UHGV virus genome: UHGV-1607642
Origin: a virus
DNA: 21,789 nucleotides
Strand: one strand, 5' to 3'
Below, in pieces: positions 7,401-16,388 of this stretch. Below the pieces are notes generated by a model. That model was not told the DNA's origin and did not search any database. It saw only the letters and a list, made by a program, of their open reading frames with translations. The first letter of the stretch is position 1. Each line of letters starts with the position of its first letter. A program made the translations under genes and the position numbers.

Positions 7401-8657
7401 ATGGCCATCCCGTCGTCTCTGAGTCTCGTACAGCTGCATTCTGGGCAGATGCAAGTCTTCCAGTCGCCACATCGTTTCAAAGTGGTGTGTGCGGGTCGAC
7501 GCTGGGGTAAATCCCGGTTGTCGATCTCCACCATCATCCGCGCGGCAGCCAAAGAGAAGAAGCAACGTGTCTGGTATGTCGCACCGACTTACCAGATGGC
7601 TCGCCAGATCTTGTGGGATGACCTGCAGGAAGTTCTGCCGCGCAAATGGGTTCGTAAGAAAAACGACACCACGATGACCATCGTGCTGAAGAACGGCTCT
7701 GAAATCGCGCTGAAAGGTGCGGATAAGCCCGATACGCTTCGTGGTGTGGCACTGCACTTTGTGGTGCTCGATGAATTTCAGGATATGAAGCCTGACACCT
7801 GGTACAAGGTACTGCGTCCGACACTGTCCTCCACCCGTGGCGGTGCGCTGATCATCGGTACGCCAAAAGGCTTCTCCGAGTTCCACAAGCTGTGGACTAT
7901 CGGTCAGAACAAAGATTTGCAACGCAAGGGGCAGTGGAAGAGCTGGCAGTTCGTTACGGCCGATTCTCCGTTCGTACCGAGCGCGGAAATCGAAGCAGCG
8001 AAGAACGATATGGACCCTAAATCGTTCGCACAGGAATACCTGGCCAGCTTCGAAAACATGTCCGGACGCGTTTACTACCCGTTCGACCGCAATGTGCATG
8101 TGAAGCCACTCCAGTTCAATCCGAAACTGCCGATCTGGGTTGGTCAGGACTTCAACATCGACCCTATGTCATCGGTCATCCTGCAACCGCAGCCAAATGG
8201 TGAACTGTGGGCTGTGGACGAATTGGTGTTGTTCTCTTCTAACACGGCTGAAGTGTGTGACGAGCTGGAGCGTCGATACTGGCGCTGGAAATCTCAGGTC
8301 ACTATCTTTCCTGACCCGGCAGGTGCGTATCGCCAGCACGCACGCGGCGAATCTGACGTCGACATCTTCAAAGAGAAAGGTTTCCTTCGAGTCGACTATC
8401 CGAAGAAACACCCACCGATCGCAGACCGTGTGAACGCCGTGAACCGCATGTTAATGAGCGCCTCGGGCGAAACACGGTTGTACGTCGATCCGAAGTGCAA
8501 ACACTTAATCGACTCACTGGGGAAGGTGATCTACAAGCCAGGCTCACGCGATATGGATAAGACAGGCGGCGTCGAGCACAGTGCGGATGCGTTGGGGTAT
8601 CCGGTTCATCGTAGGTATCCAGTGAAAAATCGTGTTATTCTTGGTGGATCCAGATAA
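7401..8657 (+). CDS. Terminase large subunit (418 aa)
   Basis: Walker A VVCAGRRWGKS and Walker B HFVVLDEF in the N-terminal ATPase; C-terminal nuclease-like acidic motifs (WVGQDFN, IFPDPAG, HSADALG). SD GGGAG upstream. Confidence 0.9.
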   Translation: MAIPSSLSLVQLHSGQMQVFQSPHRFKVVCAGRRWGKSRLSISTIIRAAAKEKKQRVWYVAPTYQMARQILWDDLQEVLPRKWVRKKNDTTMTIVLKNGSEIALKGADKPDTLRGVALHFVVLDEFQDMKPDTWYKVLRPTLSSTRGGALIIGTPKGFSEFHKLWTIGQNKDLQRKGQWKSWQFVTADSPFVPSAEIEAAKNDMDPKSFAQEYLASFENMSGRVYYPFDRNVHVKPLQFNPKLPIWVGQDFNIDPMSSVILQPQPNGELWAVDELVLFSSNTAEVCDELERRYWRWKSQVTIFPDPAGAYRQHARGESDVDIFKEKGFLRVDYPKKHPPIADRVNAVNRMLMSASGETRLYVDPKCKHLIDSLGKVIYKPGSRDMDKTGGVEHSADALGYPVHRRYPVKNRVILGGSR

Positions 8658-8672
8658 GTAAGTACTTACTTA
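8655..8672. repeat. Perfect 18-bp palindrome TAAGTAAGTACTTACTTA (TAAGTA-N6-TACTTA element)
   Basis: Self-complementary over all 18 nt; it contains the TerL stop codon and lies just upstream of the portal start. Confidence 0.8.
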
Positions 8673-8674
8673 AC

Positions 8675-10264
8675 ATGGAAGAAAGGCAAATGGAATTGAC
8701 TGATAAGCAAATCAAAGACCTTGTGGCACGACGCCACCCTGAATATGAGAAGAAAAAAGAACATTGGGACTTCCTCGCCAGCACCTACGCTGGCGGGCGT
8801 GCCTGGTTCAACGACAATATCTTCCGTTACTTCAAAGAGGGCGATCAGGAGTTCAAAGAGCGCCTGGAACGCGCTTATCGCTTCAACCATACGCGCGAAG
8901 TGGTAAACCTCATCAACAAATACCTCTTCAAAGAGGTCATTCACCGCAACACTGATGAAGCACCGGAGCAGATCCGCAATTTCTGGAAGCGAGCCACGCG
9001 CCAGAACGCCTCCATCGATGCGTTTATGGCGGCTATCGATCTGCAATCATCCATTTATGGCCGTATTTGGGTTGTCGTGGATAGCACGATGAACGTCGAT
9101 GTTGAGTCTGTTGCAGACGAGAAGAAAAATGATGCGCGTGCCTACGCTTACTGGATTTCGCCACAGCAGCTGCTTGATGTTGCCTGGGATGAAGATGGCA
9201 ATATGTTGTGGGCGTTGATTGTTGAAATCGCGCGCGACGACGAAGATCCGTTCACATCAACCGGGCAGGAATACCAGCGTTACCGTCTGTGGACGCAAAA
9301 CGAGTGGTATCTGTTCCGTGAAGAAGTGAAGAAAGGTTCAGGGAATAGTGGTCGTCGTCAGGCCAAAGTCGTTCTGGAGGATAGTGGCAATCATAATCTT
9401 GGGGTGGTGCCGGTGTTTCCGGTGGATTGCATTGGTGAAAGCGATTCTCCGTATTTTAGCCCGTCGTTAATTGACGATATCGCCTATCTTGACCGCGCCG
9501 TGGCCAACTACCTGTCGAACCTTGACGCGATTATTCAGGATCAGACATTCAGCCAGTTAGCGATTCCGGTTCAGTCCTTGCTGCCGGGCGATGAAAACCA
9601 CACCAAAGTGCTCGAAATGGGGACAAAACGTGTCTTCACCTTCGATTCTGAGAGCGGTAATCAGCCATTCTATCTGTCTCCAGACCCGAAACAGGCTCAG
9701 ATGATCATCACCACGATTAAGACGGTGATTAATGAGATCTACCATTCCGTTGGTGTGGCTGGTGAGCGAACCAAGCAGGATAACGCGCAGGGTATCGACA
9801 ACTCTTCGGGGGCAGCGAAGATGTACGACTTCCAACGTATTAACAGTCTGTTGGTGACAAAAGCAGAGCGCCTCGAAAGGGCAGAACGCCAAATGATGGA
9901 GTTGGCTGCGAAATGGATGGGCATCGAATTGGATGAAGACCACTCTCTGATCGCTTACCCGGAGAGTTTCGATATTCGTGGTCTGACTGACGAATTTGCC
10001 GTCGCTGAGAAATTGTCGCTGTTACAGGCGCCTGATTCTGTACGTCGTCATCAGATGGAAATGCTCATAGAAAAGATCTTCCCGAATATTTCCGAAGCGA
10101 TGCAAAAGGAATTTAAAAAAGATCTCTTGAAATTTCCTCTAAAAAATGCTCCTGGCGCCCTTGAAAATAAGTCAGTACTTACTTATGATCGAGATACAGT
10201 CCAAGAAAGCGGACAAGATCAACCCCGAGGGAATGGGGACTCATCTACTCAAGAGACCGAGTGA
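8675..10264 (+). CDS. Portal protein (about 525-529 aa)
   Basis: Large ORF directly after TerL and before the scaffold and capsid genes; assigned by position and size. Start ambiguous: ATG 8675 has no SD, ATG 8690 has AAAGG 3 nt upstream. Confidence 0.7.
   Translation: MEERQMELTDKQIKDLVARRHPEYEKKKEHWDFLASTYAGGRAWFNDNIFRYFKEGDQEFKERLERAYRFNHTREVVNLINKYLFKEVIHRNTDEAPEQIRNFWKRATRQNASIDAFMAAIDLQSSIYGRIWVVVDSTMNVDVESVADEKKNDARAYAYWISPQQLLDVAWDEDGNMLWALIVEIARDDEDPFTSTGQEYQRYRLWTQNEWYLFREEVKKGSGNSGRRQAKVVLEDSGNHNLGVVPVFPVDCIGESDSPYFSPSLIDDIAYLDRAVANYLSNLDAIIQDQTFSQLAIPVQSLLPGDENHTKVLEMGTKRVFTFDSESGNQPFYLSPDPKQAQMIITTIKTVINEIYHSVGVAGERTKQDNAQGIDNSSGAAKMYDFQRINSLLVTKAERLERAERQMMELAAKWMGIELDEDHSLIAYPESFDIRGLTDEFAVAEKLSLLQAPDSVRRHQMEMLIEKIFPNISEAMQKEFKKDLLKFPLKNAPGALENKSVLTYDRDTVQESGQDQPRGNGDSSTQETE
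10168..10185. repeat. TAAGTC-AGTACT-TACTTA element copy (1 mismatch) inside the 3' end of the portal ORF
   Basis: TAAGTCAGTACTTACTTA lies 79 nt upstream of the portal stop codon. Confidence 0.6.
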
Positions 10265-10286
10265 TAAGTAACGAAAAGGTATTTCT

Positions 10287-11183
10287 ATGAATCTGTGGCA
10301 AATGCTTATGGCCCGTCGTGGCCTGATGGATGTAGCCGAAGCGCATGAGCGCGGCGGCGCTGGTGGCGGTGCTCCTGCTGGAGACAATGAGCAGAGCATT
10401 CAAGACCCAGGCAAACAGGGCGAGCAAAAAGAGCAACCGAAGGGTGACGACGACGAGTATGCCGGTATGACTCAGGAAGAGTTGCTGGCAGAACTGCGTA
10501 AGTCTAAGAAAGCCGGTGCTGATCTGTTGAAAGAGAACATGAAGCGTAAGGAGAAAGAGCGCACATTGGCCGATCAGCTGGCTCAGTACGGTGATATTGA
10601 CCCGACGCGTGCTCGTCAGCTTCTCGAAGCTGAACAAGCCGCAGAAACCGCACGTCGGGAGGCGGAGCAGGCTGAACTGGAACGTCGTGGTGAGTTCGAT
10701 GCTGTGAAAAAGCAGATGATCGAAGCACACCAGACTGAACTGGCACAGCGCGACGAACGCTACTCCGCTCTGGAGAGCGAGAACGCCGCATTGAAGGCTC
10801 AACTGGTCGAAATGACTGTTGGTGTTTCCTTCAGCAGTTCTGCTTTCCTGCGTGACAAAGTTCTGATGACTCCGGCTAAGGCACGCGTTATCTACGGCTC
10901 TCATTTCGAAGTGGGTGAAGACGGTAGTGTTGTGGGCTTTGATAAGCCAGCCGGTCAGAAAGAACGTGCAGTTCTGGTTGACGGTGAAGGCAAGCCGTTA
11001 CCGTTCGAATCCGCGATTGAGCGCATTCTGCGTGCAGATCCGGAAGCTGACGCACTGTTGCGTAGCGAAGCCAAGCAGGGTGCTGGTTCCAATAGCAAAC
11101 CGACCCACAAAGTAAGCCAGCCGAAGAGCAAGTCGACTATGGATAAGTTGACCTCCGGTCTGGGAAAAATCGGACTCAAGTAA
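10287..11183 (+). CDS. Scaffolding protein (298 aa)
   Basis: Sits between portal and major capsid genes. Charged, Ala/Glu/Gln/Arg-rich helical sequence typical of scaffolds. SD AAAAGG upstream. Confidence 0.65.
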   Translation: MNLWQMLMARRGLMDVAEAHERGGAGGGAPAGDNEQSIQDPGKQGEQKEQPKGDDDEYAGMTQEELLAELRKSKKAGADLLKENMKRKEKERTLADQLAQYGDIDPTRARQLLEAEQAAETARREAEQAELERRGEFDAVKKQMIEAHQTELAQRDERYSALESENAALKAQLVEMTVGVSFSSSAFLRDKVLMTPAKARVIYGSHFEVGEDGSVVGFDKPAGQKERAVLVDGEGKPLPFESAIERILRADPEADALLRSEAKQGAGSNSKPTHKVSQPKSKSTMDKLTSGLGKIGLK

Positions 11184-11209
11184 CATCTTAAATCATAGGG
11201 AAATGAAAG

Positions 11210-12085
11210 ATGCCATTACTGCGTGATGAAGCTGAAAAGCTGTCTAATAACGAACTTGAGCAGGGTGTGATCGAGACCATCATCGATCGCGATGACCTGT
11301 TCGCTATTCTGCCTTTCATGAAGATTAATTCTAAGGCATACCTTTACAACCGCGAAGCTACCCTGAGCGAAGCTACCTTCATTGATGTGAACGACACCAT
11401 CACTGAAGGCGCAGCAACCTTCAGCGAACACGTTGCGAAGCTACGTATCCTGGCAGGCGACGTAGACGTCGACAAATTCCTGGCGACCACTATGTCCGAC
11501 ACCAACAACCAGCTGGCAATCCAGGTTCGTCAGAAGGTGAAAGGTCTGGCTCGCGCATTCCGCCGCAACCTGATTCTGGGCGACTCCAGCACCAACACCA
11601 AAGCGTTCGACGGTATTCCGAAACTGATGCACGACGATCAGAAGATCGACATCGAAGGCGCTTCCATGACCTTCTCCATGTTCGACGAACTGGTCGACGC
11701 GGTGAAAGATCTGGGTGCGGACTGCATCATGATGCGCTCCGAGCATCTGCGTGCTTATCGCGCTCTGCTGCGTACCGTTAATATCGGCCCGTCCGAAATT
11801 ATGATGGAAAACTTCGGTCGACCGATGTTGTGCCACAACGGTGTACCTTTCATCGTGAACGACTTCATCCCGACTGACGCGGGCAAAGCAAGCATCTATT
11901 GTCTGCACCTGTCCGAAGAGAACGGTGTGACCGGTCTGTATGGCGGTGAAAACGCTGGTATCGTTGTTGAGAACATCGGTACTGTTCAGAACAAAGACGC
12001 AACCCGTACCCGCGTTAAGTGGTACTGCTCTCTGGCGAACAAGCACGACAAAGCTATCGCCGCGCTGACCAATGTAAAAATTTGA
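11210..12085 (+). CDS. Major capsid protein (291 aa)
   Basis: Assigned by position after the scaffold, by size, and by the strong intrinsic terminator that follows. SD GGGAAATGAAAG upstream. Confidence 0.7.
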   Translation: MPLLRDEAEKLSNNELEQGVIETIIDRDDLFAILPFMKINSKAYLYNREATLSEATFIDVNDTITEGAATFSEHVAKLRILAGDVDVDKFLATTMSDTNNQLAIQVRQKVKGLARAFRRNLILGDSSTNTKAFDGIPKLMHDDQKIDIEGASMTFSMFDELVDAVKDLGADCIMMRSEHLRAYRALLRTVNIGPSEIMMENFGRPMLCHNGVPFIVNDFIPTDAGKASIYCLHLSEENGVTGLYGGENAGIVVENIGTVQNKDATRTRVKWYCSLANKHDKAIAALTNVKI

Positions 12086-12098
12086 TCAGAATACTAGG

Positions 12099-12116
12099 TA
12101 AGTAGTTATCTACTTA
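12099..12116. repeat. TAAGTA-GTTATC-TACTTA element copy
   Basis: Arms TAAGTA and TACTTA with 6-nt spacer, between the capsid stop and the terminator. Confidence 0.7.
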
Positions 12117-12120
12117 ATAT

Positions 12121-12146
12121 GGGTGGGCTATACGCCCACCTTTTTT
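12121..12146 (+). terminator. Intrinsic terminator after the major capsid gene
   Basis: GGGTGGGC tatac GCCCACC followed by TTTTTT. Confidence 0.75.
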
Positions 12147-12159
12147 GTAGGAGCGATAA

Positions 12160-12588
12160 ATGCCAGAACAAAAGATGAAAATCATGGAGGAGACGTTTGC
12201 GGATTTCACAGGGCATATGTGCCGTGCCGGATTCACCAACTCCGTCTCCAACGAGCCTCTGAGCGAGCGCCAGCAGAACCATCTTGCGGCTTGCTTCCGG
12301 ACAGTTCCGTTCACGCAGTCTGTCAGCGTGGAGTCTGTTGCTCTGACTCCTGATTCTGTCTCTGTTGAGAAGGGGAAGTCAGTCAAATTGCGAGTTGATG
12401 TGCAACCGTCAAACGCAACCAATCAAAAAGTCACCTGGACTTCTCAAAATAGCGACAAAGCGACCGTGGATCAGAACGGTAACGTAGTTGGCGTAGCCGT
12501 TGGTACGGCAACCATTGAAGTGGCTTCACATGATGGCAGTCACAAAGCGACTGCGACCGTTGAAGTGACCGCAGCACCGGCTGCGTAA
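12160..12588 (+). CDS. Big_2 (bacterial Ig-like) domain protein, likely capsid decoration protein (142 aa)
   Basis: C-terminal ~85 aa show the Big_2 pattern (KVTWTSQNSDKATVDQNGNVVGVAVGTATIEV). SD AGGAG 8 nt upstream of the ATG. Confidence 0.65.
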   Translation: MPEQKMKIMEETFADFTGHMCRAGFTNSVSNEPLSERQQNHLAACFRTVPFTQSVSVESVALTPDSVSVEKGKSVKLRVDVQPSNATNQKVTWTSQNSDKATVDQNGNVVGVAVGTATIEVASHDGSHKATATVEVTAAPAA

Positions 12589-12631
12589 CCAACATATGGG
12601 CAGCATAGCTGTCCATTAAGTGAGAAGAAAA

Positions 12632-13066
12632 ATGAAACCAGCAAAAATTCGTTTATTGGAGCCTCAATTTTTGGGGTACACGGGGATTCTCTGCGGTATC
12701 AAGTTTGTAGACGGTATCTCAGTTGCTGAACTGCCATTCGTCGATCAGCAGCGGATTTGTGCTTCCATGCGTGCGACTACCGTTGAAGGTAAAAATGTAT
12801 CTCCTTCTGCCGCGTACAGTAGCCGCAATAACTTGACTGCGGAAGACATTGTCGAGACGCCAGCCCCGGATATTGTGCCAATGAAACGTGGTGCGGCTGA
12901 AACAAAGCCCAAACCGGTACAGCGCTTTACTCGTGAAGAACTGGAGTCGATTGCGGACTGTGAAGGTATTGCGGGTCTTCGTCAGATCGGCAACCAAATT
13001 GGCGTGAAAGCCAAAGGCATCGTTGAAATGATCGAGGGTATCCTGAAAGCACAGGGCGGTGAGTAA
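12632..13066 (+). CDS. Hypothetical structural protein (144 aa), possible head-tail connector component
   Basis: ORF in the head-to-tail junction region. ATG 12632 chosen over the upstream non-ATG start of the track. Function assigned by position only. Confidence 0.45.
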   Translation: MKPAKIRLLEPQFLGYTGILCGIKFVDGISVAELPFVDQQRICASMRATTVEGKNVSPSAAYSSRNNLTAEDIVETPAPDIVPMKRGAAETKPKPVQRFTREELESIADCEGIAGLRQIGNQIGVKAKGIVEMIEGILKAQGGE

Positions 13067-13899
13067 TGGCACAGATCGACACGTACCGTAGCGGGGAAGC
13101 CGTTTCCCTGTCGTTTGCATTTAACGTTCTGGATATTGAGTCGGCAACGTATACCGTCAGAGATGGCGCGGGTTCGATCATCGTTGATAACGAACCTCTC
13201 GATATTACTGAGGGGCAGATGTCCATTCCGGTTGTCGTGTCGGCCGAACACAACCTGCTTGCCGACAAAGAGCGCGATCTGCGTTACGTCCTCGTCAAAG
13301 CGGTGGCATCCGGTCTGACGCATGAAGAGCGCAAGATGTACGTTCTGCTAAATAGCTTCGAGCTGTCTATCCCAGGCCAGTCATTCGCAACGGTCGCAGA
13401 CGCCCAGATGCAAGCCATCGACATGCTGAACGGCGACACTCTGTTGGCTGATGGTGACGGGCTGATGCGCAAACGTCTCATTGAGGCCACCAGACGCGTC
13501 AAAACGCTGCCGTTTTCAATCCGCAAAGTCCTTCGTATCGATTTCGATCGGTACGACCGTCCACAAAACATGCTGAACGTATATGACGTACCGTGGGGTG
13601 CTGACGGGGCATATCGTCACGATCTGATTGATTGGGAGAAGATGACGCAGGATAAATTCGACGAATTCCCTGACTACTTCAAACAGACATTAATGCTGGC
13701 CGTGGTTAATGAAGCCTGCGAAATCGCTAACGGCAATGACGTAGCGGCAGCTCGCGAGGACGGCATCCTGTCTGAATCCATTGGTGAAACGACAAATATG
13801 TACCGCACCGGCAAAGCGGCAAATTTACATGTGGCTCGCAGTACCTGGAGACTGCTGGTCAGCTACATCAACAACCGCATGATTGTTCGCCGTGCGTAA
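13066..13899 (+). CDS. Hypothetical structural protein (277 aa), possible head completion/adaptor protein
   Basis: ATG overlaps the upstream stop (TAATG); SD GGTGAG. Function assigned by position only. Confidence 0.5.
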   Translation: MAQIDTYRSGEAVSLSFAFNVLDIESATYTVRDGAGSIIVDNEPLDITEGQMSIPVVVSAEHNLLADKERDLRYVLVKAVASGLTHEERKMYVLLNSFELSIPGQSFATVADAQMQAIDMLNGDTLLADGDGLMRKRLIEATRRVKTLPFSIRKVLRIDFDRYDRPQNMLNVYDVPWGADGAYRHDLIDWEKMTQDKFDEFPDYFKQTLMLAVVNEACEIANGNDVAAAREDGILSESIGETTNMYRTGKAANLHVARSTWRLLVSYINNRMIVRRA

Positions 13900-13996
13900 C
13901 GCCAGTCGCATTATTTACTTCTGGTCGAAAGGCTCAAGACGCACAATCGCGCCTTCGCCTGGTAATGCGTGCGGATGCCAACCACAGGGAGAGTGC

Positions 13997-14341
13997 ATGA
14001 ACATTTCATGGCAAGCAGAGATGGCGATTTACCGTCTGGGTTCGAAGAATGTCTACGGTGAAGCGCAATTGCAGTTCGTCAGGAAGACGAACGTCGGTGT
14101 CGTTAAGTTTGAACAAAGTAATGAGAAGTCATCGGTACGTGCGGACAGCTCCGGCAGTCGCGGAAAAGCCAATATGGAATTGTTCGATGTCGTTCTGGTG
14201 GTCCCACTTGAGGCCGCAGTGCAACTTGATGACGTTCTTATTCTGGAGGGGCTAAAGCTGAAGGTATCCAGTGTGCATCGTCGTTGGGGGTTACGTGGAC
14301 GCCCTGGTCATCTGGAAGTAGGGGCAAACATATGGGCCTGA
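13997..14341 (+). CDS. Hypothetical structural protein (114 aa)
   Basis: Internal ATG 13997 with SD GGGAGAG chosen over the track start at 13883. Overlaps the next gene by 10 nt. Confidence 0.4.
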   Translation: MNISWQAEMAIYRLGSKNVYGEAQLQFVRKTNVGVVKFEQSNEKSSVRADSSGSRGKANMELFDVVLVVPLEAAVQLDDVLILEGLKLKVSSVHRRWGLRGRPGHLEVGANIWA

Positions 14342-14805
14342 AGTATGACTCGCATCAGTTTAAGCGTGCTGGCGACAGACTCAATAACAGCCAGAAAGCC
14401 TTTAAGCGTTATCTCATTCGTGACATGGAGAAGCTGGCGCGTCTGGTTGAGCGTCTGGCGCGGGCAATGGCTCCGCTGGAGACTGGCTCACTCGAAAGCG
14501 CGATTTTCGCGAGAGTTGTCAAAGAGGGCTATACGGGGCTGCGTATTGAGTTATCGGTGTCTGGGGCTAAACCGCGCGAAGGGAACCCTGGTGTTGAGGT
14601 TGGCGATTATGCGGAGTACATGGAGTTGGGCAAGTATCGTCTCGGCTATCTCTCCCGCATGAAGAGCGTCACCAACCCGCCAGTTGCTGGTGTGAAGCCA
14701 CGCGTTGGGCCTTTGTTCCTTGAAAGAGCGGCACAGGTCAGTGAGAAACAGTTCGCTCAGACGATAGCTGAAGCAGCAAGGAAAGCAGGTTTTACGAGAG
14801 GTTGA
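14332..14805 (+). CDS. HK97 gp10-like tail completion / head-tail joining protein (157 aa)
   Basis: Motif LARAMAPLETGSLESAI matches the recalled gp10-family signature A-x-x-A-P-x-x-T-G-x-L-x-x-S-I. Start at ATG 14332. Confidence 0.55.
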   Translation: MGLKYDSHQFKRAGDRLNNSQKAFKRYLIRDMEKLARLVERLARAMAPLETGSLESAIFARVVKEGYTGLRIELSVSGAKPREGNPGVEVGDYAEYMELGKYRLGYLSRMKSVTNPPVAGVKPRVGPLFLERAAQVSEKQFAQTIAEAARKAGFTRG

Positions 14806-14806
14806 T

Positions 14807-15190
14807 GTGTTTATTGAAGCATTTGCGAGCCTGATGCAGAAGGCGAAGATCGGCACACTCGGCACTGACATTTTCTGTCACTACATGCCAGCCAATGTGA
14901 AGTCCGGCATCCTGTTGGTTACTCCCAATACGGGGATCGCCATTGACCATGAGTTAAAAGGTTTTTATCACGACTCTTTTACCGTCATCGTGCGTAATGC
15001 GACGATCACAAAGGCGGTGGCGAAAGCCAATAAGATCATGGACATGTTTCCGGTCGAGGAAACCGTGTCAGATGGCGTTTACTTCCGGTTGGTACGACCA
15101 ATGTCGATGCCGATAACTTATCCAAAAAACGAAGGCTCGTTGATTGAAGCGGGCATCCCGATTGAATTTGCGGGCTATTTGTTGAATTAA
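14807..15190 (+). CDS. Putative tail terminator-like protein (127 aa), by position (gpU-like slot)
   Basis: GTG start overlapping the upstream TGA (TGATGTG), SD GAGAGG. Immediately precedes the major tail gene. Confidence 0.4.
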   Translation: MFIEAFASLMQKAKIGTLGTDIFCHYMPANVKSGILLVTPNTGIAIDHELKGFYHDSFTVIVRNATITKAVAKANKIMDMFPVEETVSDGVYFRLVRPMSMPITYPKNEGSLIEAGIPIEFAGYLLN

Positions 15191-15194
15191 CAAA

Positions 15195-15212
15195 ATAAGT
15201 AAATATATACTT
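15195..15212. repeat. TAAGTA-AATATA-TACTTA element copy
   Basis: Arms TAAGTA/TACTTA with 6-nt AT spacer in the intergenic region upstream of the major tail gene. Confidence 0.7.
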
Positions 15213-15264
15213 ACTATTGGCGCCATGAAGGTGCTGATTTAACGGAAAAAGGAGTTTTCCAACA

Positions 15265-16011
15265 ATGTCCAATACCCATGTAAAAAACATCAAACTTGGC
15301 GCCTGCAAAGTGTCGTTTGGTGGTGTTGATCTGGGTTACACCAAAGGCGGTGTTCAGGTTGAGGTTGCGACCGAAACTCTGAAAGTTACCGTAGACCAGC
15401 TAGGGCAAACCACCATCTCCGAGCTGGTACAGGGCCGTAACATCACTATCACTGCGCCGCTGGCCGAGTCTGTGTTGCAGAATATGGTCGATCTGATGCC
15501 GGGTTCTACCCTGAGTGAAGAAGATAACTCTGTGACCATCACTTCCGCACAGGGCGTCAACCTGATCGACGTAGCTAAAGAGCTGGTTCTGACCCCGCAG
15601 GATACCACCGACTACGTTCTGACCATCCCGAAAGCTGCGACCGCAGGTAACTTCACCATGACCTACCAGTCTGATGATGTTCGCGTGTTCTCGGTTCAGT
15701 TCACCGCTTACCCGGATGACGACGGTATTCTGGGGAAAATGAGCGGCCCAAAGCCGGTTAAATCCGTCTCTATCTCTCCGGATTCTCCGGAAGTTAAAGC
15801 CGGTGAGAGCGTGCAGCTGGCAGCCCAGATCACACCTGCAGATGCCGGCGACAAAACCGGTGTGTGGGAGTCCGACAATCAGGAGAAGGCTACCGTTGAT
15901 CAGACTGGTCTGGTTCGCGGAGTAGCTGAAGGTTCGGCAAATATCTCCTTCACCAGCAATAGCGGCGGCAAGAAAGCGACCAAAGCTGTAACGGTTAATT
16001 CTGCCGAATAA
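15265..16011 (+). CDS. Major tail protein with C-terminal Big_2 Ig-like domain (248 aa), lambda gpV-like architecture
   Basis: Strong SD AAAAAGGAG. C-terminal ~85 aa have the Big_2 pattern (TGVWESDNQEKATVDQTGLVRGVAEGSANISF). Position upstream of the chaperone and tape measure genes. Confidence 0.8.
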   Translation: MSNTHVKNIKLGACKVSFGGVDLGYTKGGVQVEVATETLKVTVDQLGQTTISELVQGRNITITAPLAESVLQNMVDLMPGSTLSEEDNSVTITSAQGVNLIDVAKELVLTPQDTTDYVLTIPKAATAGNFTMTYQSDDVRVFSVQFTAYPDDDGILGKMSGPKPVKSVSISPDSPEVKAGESVQLAAQITPADAGDKTGVWESDNQEKATVDQTGLVRGVAEGSANISFTSNSGGKKATKAVTVNSAE

Positions 16012-16028
16012 TCGTGACGTGACTAAGC

Positions 16029-16054
16029 AGAGGCTCAGGAAGAGCCTCTCTTTT
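16029..16054 (+). terminator. Putative intrinsic terminator after the major tail gene
   Basis: AGAGGCTC aggaa GAGCCTCT followed by CTTTT. Confidence 0.5.
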
Positions 16055-16070
16055 AAAAGGATTTTAACCA

Positions 16071-16388
16071 ATGACCAAATTACTCGATCTCGACTCCATT
16101 CTACCTCCGAAGAAAAGTATCAAGTTCGGCGGTCAGGAATACCCCATCGTTGAAATGACAGTTGGTCTGTTCGTCTCCATCAAGCAGATGGAAGGCAAAG
16201 ATCTTCAGAACATGTCTCCTGTAGAGCAGGTTACTGCTTACGCCGACCTGGTTCGCAAGGTCATCCCATCCGTGCCGGACGCTGTACTGGAAAAACTGAC
16301 TGTTCCGCAGCTTCAGCAAATCTTCACCTTCGCTATGGAAGTGATTGATGAAGAGAACGAAAAAGCGGCTGGTGAAGGGGCAAAGTAA
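16071..16388 (+). CDS. Tail assembly chaperone (gpG-like, 105 aa)
   Basis: Short acidic ORF between the major tail and tape measure genes, with an overlapping downstream ORF in the -1 frame. Confidence 0.7.
   Translation: MTKLLDLDSILPPKKSIKFGGQEYPIVEMTVGLFVSIKQMEGKDLQNMSPVEQVTAYADLVRKVIPSVPDAVLEKLTVPQLQQIFTFAMEVIDEENEKAAGEGAK

Noticed and set aside
7026-8099. 357-aa minus-strand ORF inside the terminase genes
   Set aside because: Antisense shadow of the TerS/TerL coding region; no start context, Ser/Arg-rich low-complexity translation.
12123-12353. 76-aa plus-strand ORF starting at GTG inside the capsid terminator hairpin
   Set aside because: It begins within the terminator stem and overlaps, out of frame, the SD-preceded Big_2 gene at 12160; most likely spurious.
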